64,000 nt of DNA, from positions 7,525,950 to 7,589,949 of the forward strand of contig NC_134026.1 of assembly GCF_964204645.1 (NCBI RefSeq). Reading direction: 5' to 3'. Positions 46,830 through 59,559 of the stretch are shown one piece after another (position 1 is the stretch's first letter; every line of letters begins with the position of its first letter). The notes beneath the pieces are model-generated. The model had not been told where the DNA came from. It searched no databases and was given only the letters and a program-made list of their open reading frames with translations. The position numbers and the translations under genes were made by a program. The DNA is from Tubulanus polymorphus (lineage: Eukaryota > Animalia > Nemertea).

Positions 46830-48483
46830 AGTGACGACGAAGTCTGAAGAAGACGGAGTCACAGCCGAGCTGAAGATGCAATAACTGCGCTTATTTACAG
46901 GTAGCGAGAGTCAGTAGTACGTATCTATTTCACCTCATCACATTTCCCTGTTTCCACTCCAAGAATTTATTTCTTTCCCTGTATTTCAAGGAAAATTCCG
47001 TGCATGATGCAAATAACTCACCAATTCAGTCACAAATCATATCAGTCCAGTTCTACAAGTTACAATGATGGAAATTAAACATAATCTTCCTCCTAACAAA
47101 CTGCACTAAAGGCGACATGATTATTGACCAATCAGATGACTGTGTCAGTTGTAAGAGTTGATTTAATTATGTTTCAACAATAGAATTTATTCTGGTTACA
47201 AAATTCATTCAATCTATACGAATGTTTTTTTCACGAGAGTGAGGGAAAGAGAGAGTGCAGACGAAAGACATAGTTTTCAATTGTGAAGAAAATCTGTTGA
47301 CTGTTTATTATTGCAGTTCAGGATCAGTCTCAATGCATGTACGTAACAGAATGTTATATCGGACGGGTCAATATAGATTTATATACGAAAAAATACTATG
47401 ATTCAAGGTTTGACTTACGGTGTATTTAACTATTGCAGGTCAAATCCTCACTAGAAACTATGACATTTTGTCCTGAAGCTCAAAATATGTTTCTCTGAAC
47501 AACTAAATTAGTGATAAAAGTCAGAAACGAGATAGAGTTTTTACAGAATTAGGAAGTTACGTTGAAACATACTACACTCCTATTACCGGTAGCGGTAAAC
47601 ACAACACCTACCTTGCGGAATTGGTCCATAGTACACCGATCCAAGCGGCAGCAGTCCATGCTACAAGCCCCCTAGCGGTGGTGAATACGCCCCTACGCCC
47701 TCTAGGAGTGTGGCAGTGGTGCACATCCCCCTTGCGGCGGTGGCTCATACTAAAATCCCGCTGGTGGCAAATGAGCATCTTCACATTTCCCCTGGTGACA
47801 GATGATGGTCGTTCACTAACCCCCACTCCATTAATTAATTCCAAAGAAAGGCAATTTTCATAAAAATAATATATCAAATATAGCTGCAAAGCAGCGATAA
47901 CGGGTTTCTGCCTTGCTGGATTAAATATCGTACTAGGAAGCGTGCCAAGATTTCACCGAAATCAGCTCATAACGTACTGCTATTTTGAAGGTGCGTCGCT
48001 TAGGGGTAAACTCGATACACAGGTAAGTTTTCAGATTAGATTTAAAAGATTGAACTGGAATGACCAAGTCTTAATGAGACAGGTACGTAAAGCATTCTAG
48101 AGACCTGGGGCAGAAAACTTAAAAGCTTTCCTGCTACCAGCAATTTTCCACAGAAATTGTCATGTTCAGCGAAAACAAGATTTTAGACATAGGGGTAACG
48201 TGATGTCACGTGTTCTCTTAATGACTGAGGAATGAAGCTCTATAAGCCGCAACTTAAACTTTTATTGGTTTCCAAATGGTTTCTAGGAGGCGATGACGGG
48301 CAGCGATGTCAGGCGGCGGTAACCATTAGACAGTTCTGAGAAGCTGAAACATTGAAACAGATGGACACGAGTTCTCACTGCTGTGATTATGTTTTACATC
48401 AGTAACTACTATGCAATATTACTGCGCATTCCACACATATCTAACTCGTGCCTAGAAAATTCCGATCGACAGATGAAGCCATT

Positions 48484-48723
48484 TTAGAACCTATGAATAA
48501 GTGAATTACTATAAACAGAATTTGATGTAAAAAGGAAAATGTAAATCACAATTATGGTGGAAAATGTTATTGACTCAAACAATTCATAGTAAAATCCGAA
48601 AACTGGTCGGGATGATTCAACAAAATAGGTTTGAGACAGAGAACCAGTACAAGACAACACAGTCCCTCGGACAAGTGCTGTATGAGACCACGAGGTCACC
48701 ACACGTTCTACAAACATCGCCAC
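48484..48723 (-). pseudogene. Highly degraded family-1 GPCR remnant (TM3-TM5); paralogs at 52285-52527 and 41960-42035
   Basis: Translation 'ERVV...FGFYYELFESITFSTIIVIYIFLFTSNSV' aligns with 'ERVSV...FGCYYKLFDQIMRFTIIVIH...ITSNSV'. Confidence 0.7.
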
Positions 48724-49747
48724 TTACTTCAGATAATTATACTTCCGGTTAGTGTCTGGTTTCACGTTCACGTCTAATCTAAAAATTGTTAAATTATAAT
48801 TTTTGTTCTCATCGAAAACGTGATAAACCAAAAGAAGCAAAAGCGAAAATGAGAGTTTATATGTTTTGCGTGAAACTGGACGCGGCGAAAGCTCAGATGG
48901 TTCTATATGGAACGTGATTTCAATGAATTCGAATAGAGTTTTGAAAAATTGTTGAATACATTCGTATACTGTGACTTGATATTATTTGAAGGTAGCCATT
49001 GATGAAACTCTCTGAGACCGTGTTGTAAAGAAGATTATGAACTCAACAAGTTAGTAAAAGGGGTAAAAACTAAATTACGTAATACAACAGTTAATATCAG
49101 TGAAAATCTGAATATTAAGAGGAAATCAATCAATGAGTGAAAATGAACATAGAAACGAGTGTTGAATCAAAATTATGCATTGAGTTTTTTTAAATCTCAA
49201 AATAGGGATTGTCCCTTTTGTTTATTTGGTGGTTTCGATTTGGTGTCCATTACAAACCCACCACACCTGCCGGGAATGAAACAAGGGGTTTTGATTTCGA
49301 AATTGGAAATCGAAGTGCAGTTCAAGTTGTGTGTTTGATGTTCGATTTAAAAAAAATATGTATAATTGCAGAGGAATTAAGAAGTTTTATTCCTAATTGG
49401 ATTTTATATAATTCTGACTTTTGTTGCAGAATTGCAAGTTTTATTCCCAATTAGATTTTGTATCGTTTTGTAGAAGGTCTTTTATTTCTTTTCTTGTTCA
49501 TTCCACGTCCATCACGCGATCAGCGTTCATGTGATCTGCAAATTTTCTCCAGTAATTCAGAATTTCAGGTTTATTTTCAAGTTACCCAACTCGCTAAACG
49601 TCACCAGAGATCAAAATCAGTTCTTTTTTAAAGACAAGACTCACCACTGGGAAGACAAGTTTTGTTATGATCTTCCCTTGAAGAAAACATTCCCCACAAC
49701 ATTCCACAGTAAAATTGATTTCGGTGTTTCTTGTTTATGAAGATATT

Positions 49748-50875
49748 CTAATTTCGGCGACGTTTGCATCGAATTTTGATTAGAATTTGTTCTCTGAAAG
49801 CTGGAATCGTGTGTAAATAAATGAAAAAATTAGTGCGATAAATCAATTCACGTGGAGTAGCGAATATCTCATACGTTAAATAAACTGTTAGGGAGAATTG
49901 CTCGGGGACGTTAAAATTACGCAAAGTACGCAACGCATTATAAAGGAAAATACCAATCTCATAGGGTGAAACTAAAAACACATACGACATTACTATATAA
50001 AGCATAGCTTTGTTACCTCTGTTAGTCACGTGTTTGTTTGAATGGCAGCTTATTTTAGCAGTTAACACTGATAAACATAAAATTATTATACACGGAATTG
50101 TGCCTTTTAGTGCAGGGACTATTGTTTCAAATGTAAAATATATAACACCAAATGAATCCCCACTTCGTCCAGCTAGTTCATCACGTAAACCTTTGCAACA
50201 TGTTCGATTATTTCCACAAGTTTTAATAATGGTATAAAAACCTTTGCTGTGAGATAAAGATATTGCCAGTGTAAATAACGTTGCTAGCATTCTCTTGTGG
50301 TTTGTGACGTATTGTTTGTGGAAAAACGGTTTCTTTATCGCGATTAACCTTTCAATAGCCATCGTAACAACAATCCAGTTAGAAAAAGAGACCGGCAAAT
50401 CACTTATTAGACCTGTGAGTATTGTCATACAAGAATTATAACGTTGCCATGAACTTAACCTTTTGAAGTGTGATACGAATCGTTCAAGACCTGCGTGAAC
50501 TGGACACAGCATGGACATGAAACCTGTTGGAAATATGTGCTCAATTCTACTGCATTTCTCTGGCGAACGAAGAAACTTTATACGCATTACCACGTGACGC
50601 ACGGAAATGGCGTATACGTCAAGTTGATAAAGAATGAACATCTGATCGGATATCGCTAGTGAAAGCAAATAAATGAACGTAGCGCGAACTGAACGAGATT
50701 TACGACACCGAATAAATGTGACAATATTAGTGAAATTCAAGCACGCGAATAAAGGATCAAAAAAACCTACAAAATACCTCATTTCATTGTTGAAATTGTA
50801 GATTTTCGATAGTAGGATTATGGATTGGTACTCTTTACTTATGGTGAGATTTCGTGCAATCAAAATTGAAGACAT
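49748..50875 (-). CDS. Intronless class-A GPCR, family 2, 375 aa
   Basis: Full open frame with the same 7TM motifs as 43258-44361. Confidence 0.9.
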   Translation of the reverse strand: MSSILIARNLTISKEYQSIILLSKIYNFNNEMRYFVGFFDPLFACLNFTNIVTFIRCRKSRSVRATFIYLLSLAISDQMFILYQLDVYAISVRHVVMRIKFLRSPEKCSRIEHIFPTGFMSMLCPVHAGLERFVSHFKRLSSWQRYNSCMTILTGLISDLPVSFSNWIVVTMAIERLIAIKKPFFHKQYVTNHKRMLATLFTLAISLSHSKGFYTIIKTCGNNRTCCKGLRDELAGRSGDSFGVIYFTFETIVPALKGTIPCIIILCLSVLTAKISCHSNKHVTNRGNKAMLYIVMSYVFLVSPYEIGIFLYNALRTLRNFNVPEQFSLTVYLTYEIFATPRELIYRTNFFIYLHTIPAFREQILIKIRCKRRRN

Positions 50876-52284
50876 AGTCTGAATAAGATGGAGTCACAGT
50901 CGAGTTGAAGATACAATTGCTGCGTTCATTTACAGGTAGTATCTATTCCACCTCATCACATCTCCCTGATTCCACTCCGAGAATTTATTTCTTTTCGTGT
51001 ATTTCAAGGAAAATTCCGTGCATGATGCATTAAACTCACCAATTCAGTCACAAATCATATCAGTCCAGTTTTACAAATTAGAATGATAGAAATTAAACAT
51101 AATCTCCCTTACAAACACTAAACAGATAAATATTGACCAATTGGATGACAGTATCAGTTGTAAGAAAGAAAGTTGATGTTTCAACAATATAATTTATTCT
51201 GGTAATAAGATTGATTCAATACTACACGCAGTTTACTATTGTGATTTTGTTAACTAATTTGAAATTATTTTTCAAACGAGTAAGGTAGAGAGTAACAGAG
51301 TGCAGACTTGATAAAGTTTTCAATTGTGCAGATACTGAAATCGTTTGACTGTTAACTGTTGATGCAGTTCTCAGGGTAAGATATGATCAAAGGTTTATGA
51401 GAAAATATGAAAGGTTTAACTTAAGTATTGCAGGTCGAATTCTTACCAGAAACTATCAACTTCTGTCCTGAATTCCTGAATGTATCTAAACAACGTCAGA
51501 AACGAGAGAGAATTTATAGAGAATCTATCGACCTCAGGATTCAGTTCCAAAGATAATCGTTGAATCTGACATTGCGAATTAAAAATGGGTTCGTTTCTGA
51601 TGTTTTTACAATTAACCATGCTTTGTGTACCTGAGTCCAGGTATTTGGATTGATGAATCCTAGATTGATTGAGGGATCAGTGACCCGATGATCTTAACAC
51701 ACCTCGGCCATCAACTGATGAGAAAGTTTAGGAATTTTACCAGTAACAAATGTACCAAGCAAGAGATAAGGTCTATTACATTTTAGCAAATTGTTATTTG
51801 ATCCAGTATTCAGTTCCACAGTTTTCTTGGTTTATTGCCCTTAAACTTAGATTAGTCCCAATATCTTCAACCTAGAGTCAGATGTTAACTCATTGTGGCC
51901 GATTCTAGATCTAGGAGCTTTCGGGTGACGTTAACCATGTTGGGTTGAATGAAGGAAAGCAAAAGTCTTAGAACTCAATTCCGTAGCAACATAGGGGTGA
52001 CGTGATGTCACGTGTTCTCTTAGTGACTGAGGAATGTAGCTCTTCAAGCCGCAACCTTAAACTTTTATTGGTTTCCAAATGGATTCCAGGAGGCGATGAC
52101 GGGCAGCGATGTCAGGCGGCGGTAACCATTAGACTGTTCTGAGAAGCTGAAACATTGAAACAGACGGACACGAGTTCTCACTGCTGCGATGATGTTTTAT
52201 ATCAGTAACTACTATGCAATTACTGCGCATTCCACACATTCCTAACTCGTGCCTAGAAAATTCCGATCGACAGATGAAGCCATT

Positions 52285-52527
52285 TTAGAACCTATGAATA
52301 AGTAAATTACTATAAACAGAATTTGATGAAAAAAGGAAAATGTAAATCACAATTATGGTGGAAAACTTTATTGAGTCAAACAATTCATAGTAATATCCGC
52401 AAACTGGTCGGAATGAATCAACAAAATAGGTTTGAGACAGAGAACCAGTACAAGACAACACAGTCCCTGCGGACAAGAGTGCTCCATTAGACCACGAGGT
52501 CACCACACGTCCTCCAAACATCGCCAC
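52285..52527 (-). pseudogene. Highly degraded family-1 GPCR remnant (duplicate of 48484-48723)
   Basis: Near-identical to 48484-48723; 'CGYYYELFDSIKFSTIIVIYIFLFSSNSV'. Confidence 0.7.
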
Positions 52528-53558
52528 TTACACTTCAGATAATTATACTTCCGGTCAGTGTCTGGTTTCACGTTCACGTCTAATCTAAAAATTGTTAAAT
52601 TAGAATTTTTGTTCTCATCGAAAACATGATAAACCAAAAGAAGCAAAAGCGAAAATGAGAGTTCATATGTTTTGCGTGAAACTGGACGCGGCGAAAGCTC
52701 AGATGGTTCTATATGGAACGTGATTTCAATGAATTCGAATAGAGTTTTGAAAAATTGTTGAATACATACGTATACTGTGACTTGATATTATTTGAAGGTA
52801 GCCATTGATGAAACACTCTGAGACCGTGTTGTAAAGAAGATTATGAACTCAACAAGTTAGTAAAAAGGGGTAAAAACTAAATTACGTAATACAATAGTTA
52901 ATATCAGTGAAAATCTGAATATTAAGTGGAAATCAATCAATGAGTGAAAATGAACATAGTAACGAGTGTTGAATCAAAGGACAAATTATGCATTGAGTTT
53001 TTTAAAATCTCAAAATAGGGATTGTCCCTTTTGTTTATTTGGTGGTTTTGATTTGGTGTCCATTACAAACCCACCACACCTGCCGGGAATGAAACAAGGG
53101 GTTTTGATTTTGAAATTGGAAATCGAAGTGCTGTTCCAGTTGTGTGTTCGATATTCGATTTAGAAAAATATGTATAATTGCAGAGGAATTAAGAAGTATG
53201 TCTTTGGTTTTTTGTTGTGTCTTTATGACTTTTGTTGCAGAATTGCAAGTTTTATCCGCAATTAGATTTTGTATCGTTTTGTAGAAGGTCTTTTATTTCT
53301 TTTCTTGTTCATTCGACGTCCATCACGCAATCAGCGTTCATGTGACCTACAAATTTTCTCCAGTAATTCGGAATGTCAGGTTTATTTTCAAGTTACCCAA
53401 CTCGCAAAACGTCACCAGAGTTCAAAATCAGTTCTTTTTTAAAGACAAGACTCATCACTGGGAAGACAAGTTTTGTTATGATCTTCCCTTGAAGAAAACA
53501 TTCCCCACAACATTCGACGGTAAAATTGATTTCGGTGTTTCTTGTTTTTGAAGATATT

Positions 53559-54680
53559 CTAATTTCGGCGACGTTTGCATCGAATTTTGATTAGAATTTG
53601 TTCTCTGAAAGCTGGAATCGTGTGTAAATATATGAAGAAATTAGTGCGATAAATCAATTCACGTGGAGTAGCGAATATCTCATACGTTAAATAAACTGTT
53701 AGGGAGAATTGCTCGGGGACGTTAAAATTACGCAAAGTACGCAACGCTTTATCGAGGAAAATACCAATCTCATAGGGTGAAACTAAAAACACATACGACA
53801 TTACTATATAAAGCATAGCTTTGTTACCTCTGTTAGTCACGTGTTTGTTTGAAAGGCAGCTTATTTTAGCAGTTAACACTGATAAACATAAAATGATTAT
53901 ACACGGAATTGTGCCTTTTAGTGCAGCGGTTATTGTTTCAAATATATACAGAACACCAAATCTATCCCCACTTCGTCCAGCTATTTCATTACCTAAACTT
54001 TCGCAACATGTTCGATTATTTCCACAAGTTTTCATAACGGTATAAAAACCTGCGTTGTGAGATAAAGATATTGTCAGTGTAAATAACGTTGCTAGCATTC
54101 TCTTGTGGTTTGTGACGTATTGTTTGTGGAAAAACGGTTTCTTTATCGCCAATAACCTTTCACCTGCCATAGTAACAACAATCCAGTTAGAAAAAGAGAC
54201 CGGCAAATCTCGTATTAGACCTGTGAGTATTTTCATACAAGAATCGAAAGGAACATATCGCCATGAACTTAACTTACTGAAGTTCGATACGAATCGTGCG
54301 AGACCTGAATGAACTGGACACAGCGTGGACTTAAAACCTGTTGGAAACATGCCACCTCGACTGCATTTCTCTGGTGAACGAAGAAACTTTATACGCATTA
54401 CCACGTGACGCACGGACGAGGCATATACGTCAAGTTGATAAAGAATGAATATCTGATCAGATATCGCTAGTGAAAGCAAATAAATGAACGTAGCGCGAAC
54501 TGAACGAGATTTACGACACCGAATAAATGTGACAATATTAGTGAAATTCAAGCACGCGAATAAAGGATCAAAAAAACCTACAAAGTACCTCATTTCTACG
54601 TTGAAATTATAAATTTTCGATATTTGGATCATAGATTGGTACTCGTTACTATTGGAATCGGTGAAATTTCGTGAATCCAT
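53559..54680 (-). CDS. Intronless class-A GPCR, family 2, ~373 aa from the first ATG
   Basis: Open frame (the ORF track starts at a GTG at 54713; first ATG at 54680); TM3 motif is AGERL. Confidence 0.9.
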   Translation of the reverse strand: MDSRNFTDSNSNEYQSMIQISKIYNFNVEMRYFVGFFDPLFACLNFTNIVTFIRCRKSRSVRATFIYLLSLAISDQIFILYQLDVYASSVRHVVMRIKFLRSPEKCSRGGMFPTGFKSTLCPVHSGLARFVSNFSKLSSWRYVPFDSCMKILTGLIRDLPVSFSNWIVVTMAGERLLAIKKPFFHKQYVTNHKRMLATLFTLTISLSHNAGFYTVMKTCGNNRTCCESLGNEIAGRSGDRFGVLYIFETITAALKGTIPCIIILCLSVLTAKISCLSNKHVTNRGNKAMLYIVMSYVFLVSPYEIGIFLDKALRTLRNFNVPEQFSLTVYLTYEIFATPRELIYRTNFFIYLHTIPAFREQILIKIRCKRRRN

Positions 54681-56954
54681 AGTGACAACGAAGTCTGAAG
54701 AAGACGGAGTCACAGCCGAGCTGAAGATGCAATAACTGCGCTTATTTACAGGTAGCGAGAGTCAGTAGTACGTATCTATTTCCCCGCATCACATTTCCCT
54801 GTTTCCACTTCGAGATTTTATTTATTTCCGTGTATTTCAAGGAAAACTATGTGCTTGAATACAAAAAACCCACAAGTCGGCCACAATTCATATCAGTCCA
54901 GTTCTACAAATTAGATTGATGGAAATTGAACATAATCTTCCTAACAAACTGCACTAAACGCGATATGAATATTGACCAATCAGATGACAGTATCTGTTAT
55001 ATAAGAGATGATTTAATTATGTTTCAACAATAGAATTTATTCTGGTAACAAGATTCATTCAATACTACACGCAGTTTACTATTGTGATTCTGTTAACTAC
55101 TTTAAAAATGTTTGTCAAGAGAGTGATGAAGATAGAGTGAGTGAGTGCGCAGACACAAGACAAAATTATCAATTGTGAACATATTGAAAATCCATTGACT
55201 GTTTATTATTGATGCAGTTCAGGATCAGTCTCAATGCAACTAACACAGTGTTATATCGGACGGGTCAATATGGATTTATATATTTATATACGAGAAAATA
55301 CTATGATTAAAATGCAAGGTTTGACTTACGGTGTATTTAACTATTGCAGGTCAAATCCTAACTAGAATCTATGACATTTTGTCCTGAATTTCAAAATATG
55401 TATCTCTGTACAACGACTAATGACAAATGTTAGAAGCGAGATCGAGTTTATACAGAATTAGGAAGTTGCGGTGGACCATACTATACTCCCACTAGCAGTG
55501 ACAGCAAACACAAACACCTCCCTGGCGGAAGTGGTCCATAGTGCACCGATCCTAGTGGTAGCAGTCTATGCTACAAGCCCCCTAGCGGCGGTGAAGAAAT
55601 ACTACCTCCTCTAGGAATGTGGCAGTTGTACACATCCCCCTTGCGGTGGTGGCTCATACTAAATCCCCCTGGTGGCAAATGAAGACCTACACACTTCCCC
55701 TGGTGACAGAGGATGGTCGTTCACTGACCCCCACCCCGTTAATATACAAAGAAAGGCAATTTCTATAATAATGATACATGAATTTCACTTAATTATGTCA
55801 TGTTAGAAATACGAACAAGAACGGTATAAACTTTTTGTAGATATGTCATTTCAAATATTAATGGCTAACTATCATATAACTTTAGCAACTTTCATTGAAC
55901 AATGTTGGAGTAAAAGGAGTATATGTATTTTCAGTGCCATCTGAAGCTATTTATAATTAAATCTAATTAACTACATGTCCCCATAACAAAACAAACATAC
56001 AATATACAATGCAATTATATATCGATAATACTGTTTCAGTTTCAGTTTCAGTTTAGTTTATTCACTCAACAAGTTATGATAAAATTGCACAGAGCACAAA
56101 AATAACGCATAAATTACAGCATATTACAAAAATATAATGATAGTATTGATAATAATTATATTGAGAGAGTGCTGACTTTGTGAGAGTGTGCTGACTGTGT
56201 GAGAGTGTGCCGACTGTCTGATAATGTTCTGGTTGTCAGTGAATGTTCTTGAACTGACCGTGTCTACTCGCGTATTGGAAAATTAATCCAACTTTGATAT
56301 AAAGATATCTACAGCTAAGATTCGTTTGTAAGATTTATTGTCAACAGCGAATAGAAAATAGATTCGCTGAAATCTAACACAATTTTCTCAGATTTTGTGA
56401 CTGAATTAAATATAAATATTTGTTGTACAAGAATTAATTGTAAATGGTGAAATAGCTTTTAGTAAATCATCTGAACAGGCCTGAAAAATATCTATTTGTT
56501 CTTTACATGGAAAACACGGGTCACAATAGCATTAGTTCATTATTAAACCACATAAATAATACACGCAAATACACAGGGCAATAGAGTTCTAAGTTCTTAA
56601 TTCCTAAAAAGAGAACCTTTTTAGTTCAGCAGTTCTCAGAGGCTGAACTTTATTCCATGAGGAGAACCCTTTCCACTTCTTATCGATAATCTTGAACCAA
56701 ACTTAACCTAGATCCGCTATCATTCTCTGCTGATTACAAAAGTTTACCTGATATACAGAAATATTTGGTAGGTACACCGTTTTAACAATTTCTACTTGCG
56801 AAAAAGTTCTGAAAATAAAAGTCAACACTGATTCAGGAAATGTCCACGTGTTATATGACACCTACACTCACGCTGAGTTCACATACAAACTGTATTCAAT
56901 GATTTTTACGCGTCTAGAAAATCGTGTTTAATTTTTGAATAATATCAACATTTT

Positions 56955-57380
56955 AACTTGTAATTAGACGTGTTTGTTTATTGATCGTCGTTAAGGCTGA
57001 ATATAAACATTAAACACCCGTTAAAATAACTCGTTATACTGTTTACACGATCGATAATTAATGGCGGCTTTAGTTAGAAGCCATTTTACAAGGATCAACT
57101 TACATCTCTACAAAACCATGAATCAATTTACATCGAATTAATTAGAGTATTTAAACTATCATCCGCATATTGACACTGGCAATTATTAGAACGCACGATC
57201 CTAACTTCGCTGTTTAAATATGTTTTAAGCAATACGGATTACACTAGAGCTCTGCGGAGCTGTTTGGAGTTTGTTTTAAGTGACGTTTGGTGCTCGCGCT
57301 CTGATATCGATGACATAGTTGTAACTGAGCGACTAGTAGTAGAGTAACACAGTCGGTAGCAACCCGCACTGAACCCAACT
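56955..57380. repeat. Near-identical non-coding duplicate of 41505-41925
   Basis: 'ttgtaattagacg...attgatcgtcgttaaggctgaatataaac...gataattaatggcggctttagttagaagcc...aacccgcactgaacccaac' present in both. Confidence 0.92.
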
Positions 57381-57384
57381 CACG

Positions 57385-57634
57385 TACTATACTGACTGTT
57401 TGAGATCGTGCGGACTGTCTGAGAGTACACTGTCTGTTTGAGACTGTGCGGACTGCCTGAGAGCGAACTGACTGCCTGAGAGCGTACTGACTGTCTGAGA
57501 GTGTACTGACTGTCTCAGAGCGTACTGACTGTCTCAGAGCGTACTGACTGTCTCAGAGTGTACTGACTGTCTGAAAGCCTATCGACTGTCTGAGATTGTT
57601 ACTGACTGTCTTGGAGTGTAGCGACTGTCTGAGA
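57385..57634. repeat. 19-bp minisatellite (GAGAGCGTACTGACTGTCT), about 13 units, within an orphan family-1 GPCR 5' flank
   Basis: The same unit is present in 2-3 copies just upstream of the ATGs at 39363 and 41027, and at 56161-56225. Confidence 0.9.
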
Positions 57635-58293
57635 ATATATTGGAACTGACTGTGTCTTCTCGCATATCCGAAAATAATTCAACGTTGATACGAATATATC
57701 ATCAGAATTATTTATTCCAGCTGCAAGTCATTTGTAATATTTATTGTTAACAATAAGTAAAAAATTAATTCTCAGAAATCTGCCAGAATTTACTCAGATT
57801 TGTGGAAGTTTAACATTGTGTAGAACATAAATATAAGTGAACTATATATCAATATTCGTTGCACAAAAATTCATTGTAAAATTTGAATATACCTTACATA
57901 GAAAATAAACATACAAACCTCAAATGGTAGGTCGATACTTGGGATACAAAATTAATTGGGATAAGAAAATTAATTCTTTTAAAACAAACCCAATTTACTC
58001 AGATTTTGTAAAAGTTTGATATCGTGTAGAAATATAAATGTAACATTAACAAAAATATTCGTTGCAAATGGTGGAATAGGCCTATGTTGTAGTGAAAAAC
58101 GTCTTAGCACTTCTTTAGATAGTTTTAAATCTCAATTAAAAACTCACCTTTTTACTATTGCTTATTCTTAAACGCCTAATTCTGCTGTCTTTTACTTGTA
58201 TCTATATATACTTTTTATATGCTAGTTCTGTATTTTTGAAAAAAATATTATTTGTAAGCCAAAGAGCATATTCTAATATGGATTTGGAAATAA

Positions 58294-58325
<32 letters not shown>

Positions 58326-59559
58326 GAAAACATCCGCGCTGGCTTGATGATATTTATCGATACTACAGGCACAGCATTCGTTCATTATTCTGCCACATAA
58401 TTACACAGGTTGCCAGTAGTTCGTATGGGTAGCTTTCAAATAGAGAAACATCCATTTTCTATTAATTAGACAGAAACTTTAACCATGGACTCTAAAACGA
58501 TTTCGTTTTAGAGTCCATGCGTTAATCGAAACCTAAATTGGAACAGTGTGTTAACCACGAGACCACCAAATTCTGGTGACTGATACAGTTTGTCAGTTTG
58601 TCTGGTCAGGTGTAGGACTAATGAACCCCTAGAGACCAGTGACTTGATAATCAAAACGACTCTACTGACGAATTTTACCAGTCGTAAATTTTCCACGCAA
58701 GAGACAGAGTCTGTACTGTATTTAGAGAAATTTTTATTAGAGACCGGACTGAGTTCCACAGTTCTTGGTTAATTAGTCTCTCAACTTGAATCATTTCCAA
58801 TATTTTCTAACCCTGCTAAAAGAGTCAGAAGTAAACTCATTGTCTAACCCAAGAGTCAGAAGTAACAGAAGTAAACGCATCGTGGCTTTCTGGATCTTGA
58901 AGCTCACGGATGACGTCACACACCACCATGTCGTGTTGAAGAAAAGACACAAAATCGAAATCCAATTTATACAGCAATCAAATGGTGACGTGATGTCACG
59001 TGGGCTCTTAGCGACTGAGGAGGAATGTAGCTCCATAAGCTGCAACTATTAAACTTTTATTGGATTCCAGGAGGCGATGACGGGAAGCGACGGTAATCAT
59101 TAGACTGTTCTGAGAAGCTGAAACATTGAAACAGACAGACATGAGTTCTCAGTGCATGTGATGATGTTATATATCAGTTACTATTCAATTACTGCGCATT
59201 CCACGCATTTCTATCTCGTGTCTAGAAAATTCCGTCACAAAACTATTTATTACAATTTAACAGTCGCAATTTCCGTCCATTTAAACACCGTCTGTAGTAA
59301 TTAGAATGTATAAGTCGGGAGCGGGGGGGGGGGGGGTGAGAGGGAGGTTTGACACAGAATAATAAAAGTTCCATTAGTCATGTCATGACGCAAAACATTG
59401 ATCTGAAAATTCAATGAATGTAAGATGGTTTTTTTATCAGTGAATTATGTCTTGTGAGACAGTGTGAGCTTTATTTGATTCGAAAATCATTTTCAAGTTC
59501 AACTCCGATAATGAACTCTAAACTCGCGAAGTCGGTTAGTTAGATTTGTTGGTTTCCTT

